Source: Nemertoderma westbladi (lineage: Eukaryota > Animalia > Xenacoelomorpha). Taken from it: a DNA stretch of 64,000 nt. A model generated the notes under the pieces. That model did not search any database and was not told where the DNA came from. It saw nothing but the letters and a program-made list of their open reading frames with translations. Position 1 is the stretch's first letter. Every line of letters starts with the position of its first letter. The stretch is taken from positions 24,084 through 88,083 of the forward strand of contig JAUCBJ010002619.1 of assembly GCA_032718475.1 (NCBI GenBank). Reading direction: 5' to 3'. This document shows positions 62,691 through 64,000 of this stretch, one piece after another. Position numbers and translations under genes: made by a program.

Positions 62691-64000
62691 AATATTAATC
62701 ATTTATTTATATATTTACAGGGAAGCCTACTAAGCCTTGTTATGGCATTGGACATTATTATAAGAAGAAATAAAATAATACGGTAAGGTGTGTTGTTCTA
62801 TTATAATTACTGTATTATTATAGATATACAGTGAGAGAATTTGAGTTACGTATTAGATTATAGTAAAACAGTCCTAATCGTATGTTTGTCAAAAATATTG
62901 ATCAGTTGTTTAAAAGGCTTCCCCGAAAACACGCAACGGCGCAACGGCGCAACAGCTCTATAACCAATGGGCAGCATTGGCGCAACAACCCAGGAGTGGT
63001 TTATTCATTCAACTCTAATTCCATTGACTTTTACATTCTGTTGCGTTCTATGACATTCCATTTATGTAGCGCCGATGGCGCAACAGAATAATAAATAAAG
63101 CAAGGTACTGTACGTTCTAAAAGGGATGCGACCTATAACAATCCTAGTACCAATATCGAACTCACTTCCCAGTGACGTTATCGAATCAGTAAGTGTTAAG
63201 TCCTTTTGTGACAAACTTAAAACTTGTAATTTATTAGAACATTGCCATTTCAATAGATTCTATTAATTAGGACGCATGATCATTCATTTATTTTTAGTTT
63301 CTACTCAGTATGCATAAACTTTTGTCCTTATAAAACATAAAATGTTTTTATAGAAGAGTGAAGAGTTTATTGATGGCGTGGTTATTTGTAATTTTGTAAA
63401 TTTGTAAAACCGTTCTATACCAAACCAATAGAGCTATAACGACCTATACCGGGCTAATAACGACCTACGCCGTAGAGTGTAGCTTTATTCGAAGTATTTC
63501 ACGATAAACGAGGTGTATTATTTTGAAATAATATCCTCTACTGCAATACAATGTACTACACTTACACTGATAACTTTACTTTACTTACCTAGTAAATTAT
63601 TACAGTACTTAATGTACAGCTTTTTTCGATTGAATTCCCTGCTAGAACAGCGTGAAGTGTGGGGGGGGGGGGGGGGGCTTGCAGGGGGCGTGGACTTTCG
63701 ACGCAATCAAAATTCATATGCCTCCAAGCGGCCAGGGGAAAGTCGACGCAAATAACGCCTGATTCTCCCAAAAATAACAGTGTAACCTGATTCATTGACT
63801 TTCGTTTATCGCACTAGCAACACCTGCCTGAAAAGCTTGTCCTTAAAAGACGTGTCCTTAAAATCACCAGTTTCATCTGGGGTGTATAGTTCTGGGGAAG
63901 GGGGGGGGGGGGGGGGGGGGCTGAAATTCTATCATCATTCTAAGTAATATCAAACATAAGGTTAACACTGTATGTTTATGTTAACTGATTACAGTCCTTA

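Overview
Eukaryotic, probably invertebrate animal, genomic DNA rich in repeats and transposons. Three intron-containing host genes lie on the minus strand. (1) The first coding exon of a GT31 beta-1,3-glycosyltransferase (2738-3199), whose intron continues as a 29-bp satellite. (2) A complete four-exon ANKRD13 (A/B/D-type) gene (41083 to 16674, 747 aa by manual splicing). (3) A two-exon RPL38 (62100-62037 + 60730-60567) that the ORF track misses. The main observation is the 20.8-kb intron 3 of ANKRD13: it is mostly about 500 copies of a 31-bp unit consisting of the last 22 nt of exon 3 plus a consensus GTAAGT splice donor. The array has higher-order repeats, two hAT-type ends at the same register, and a CRE-like RLE retrotransposon. 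Second, a Ngaro/PAT-like tyrosine-recombinase retrotransposon with split direct repeats (4776-12738) has an atypical ORF order, RT-RNaseH, gag, YR, and an RTE LINE inserted in frame between its RT and RNase H. Third, a non-autonomous Helitron carries a ~146-bp tandem array with one CTCF-like motif per unit. The rest is nested LINEs, MITEs, a Helentron-type element and a ~900-bp foldback. All calls were made by eye; no database searches were run.
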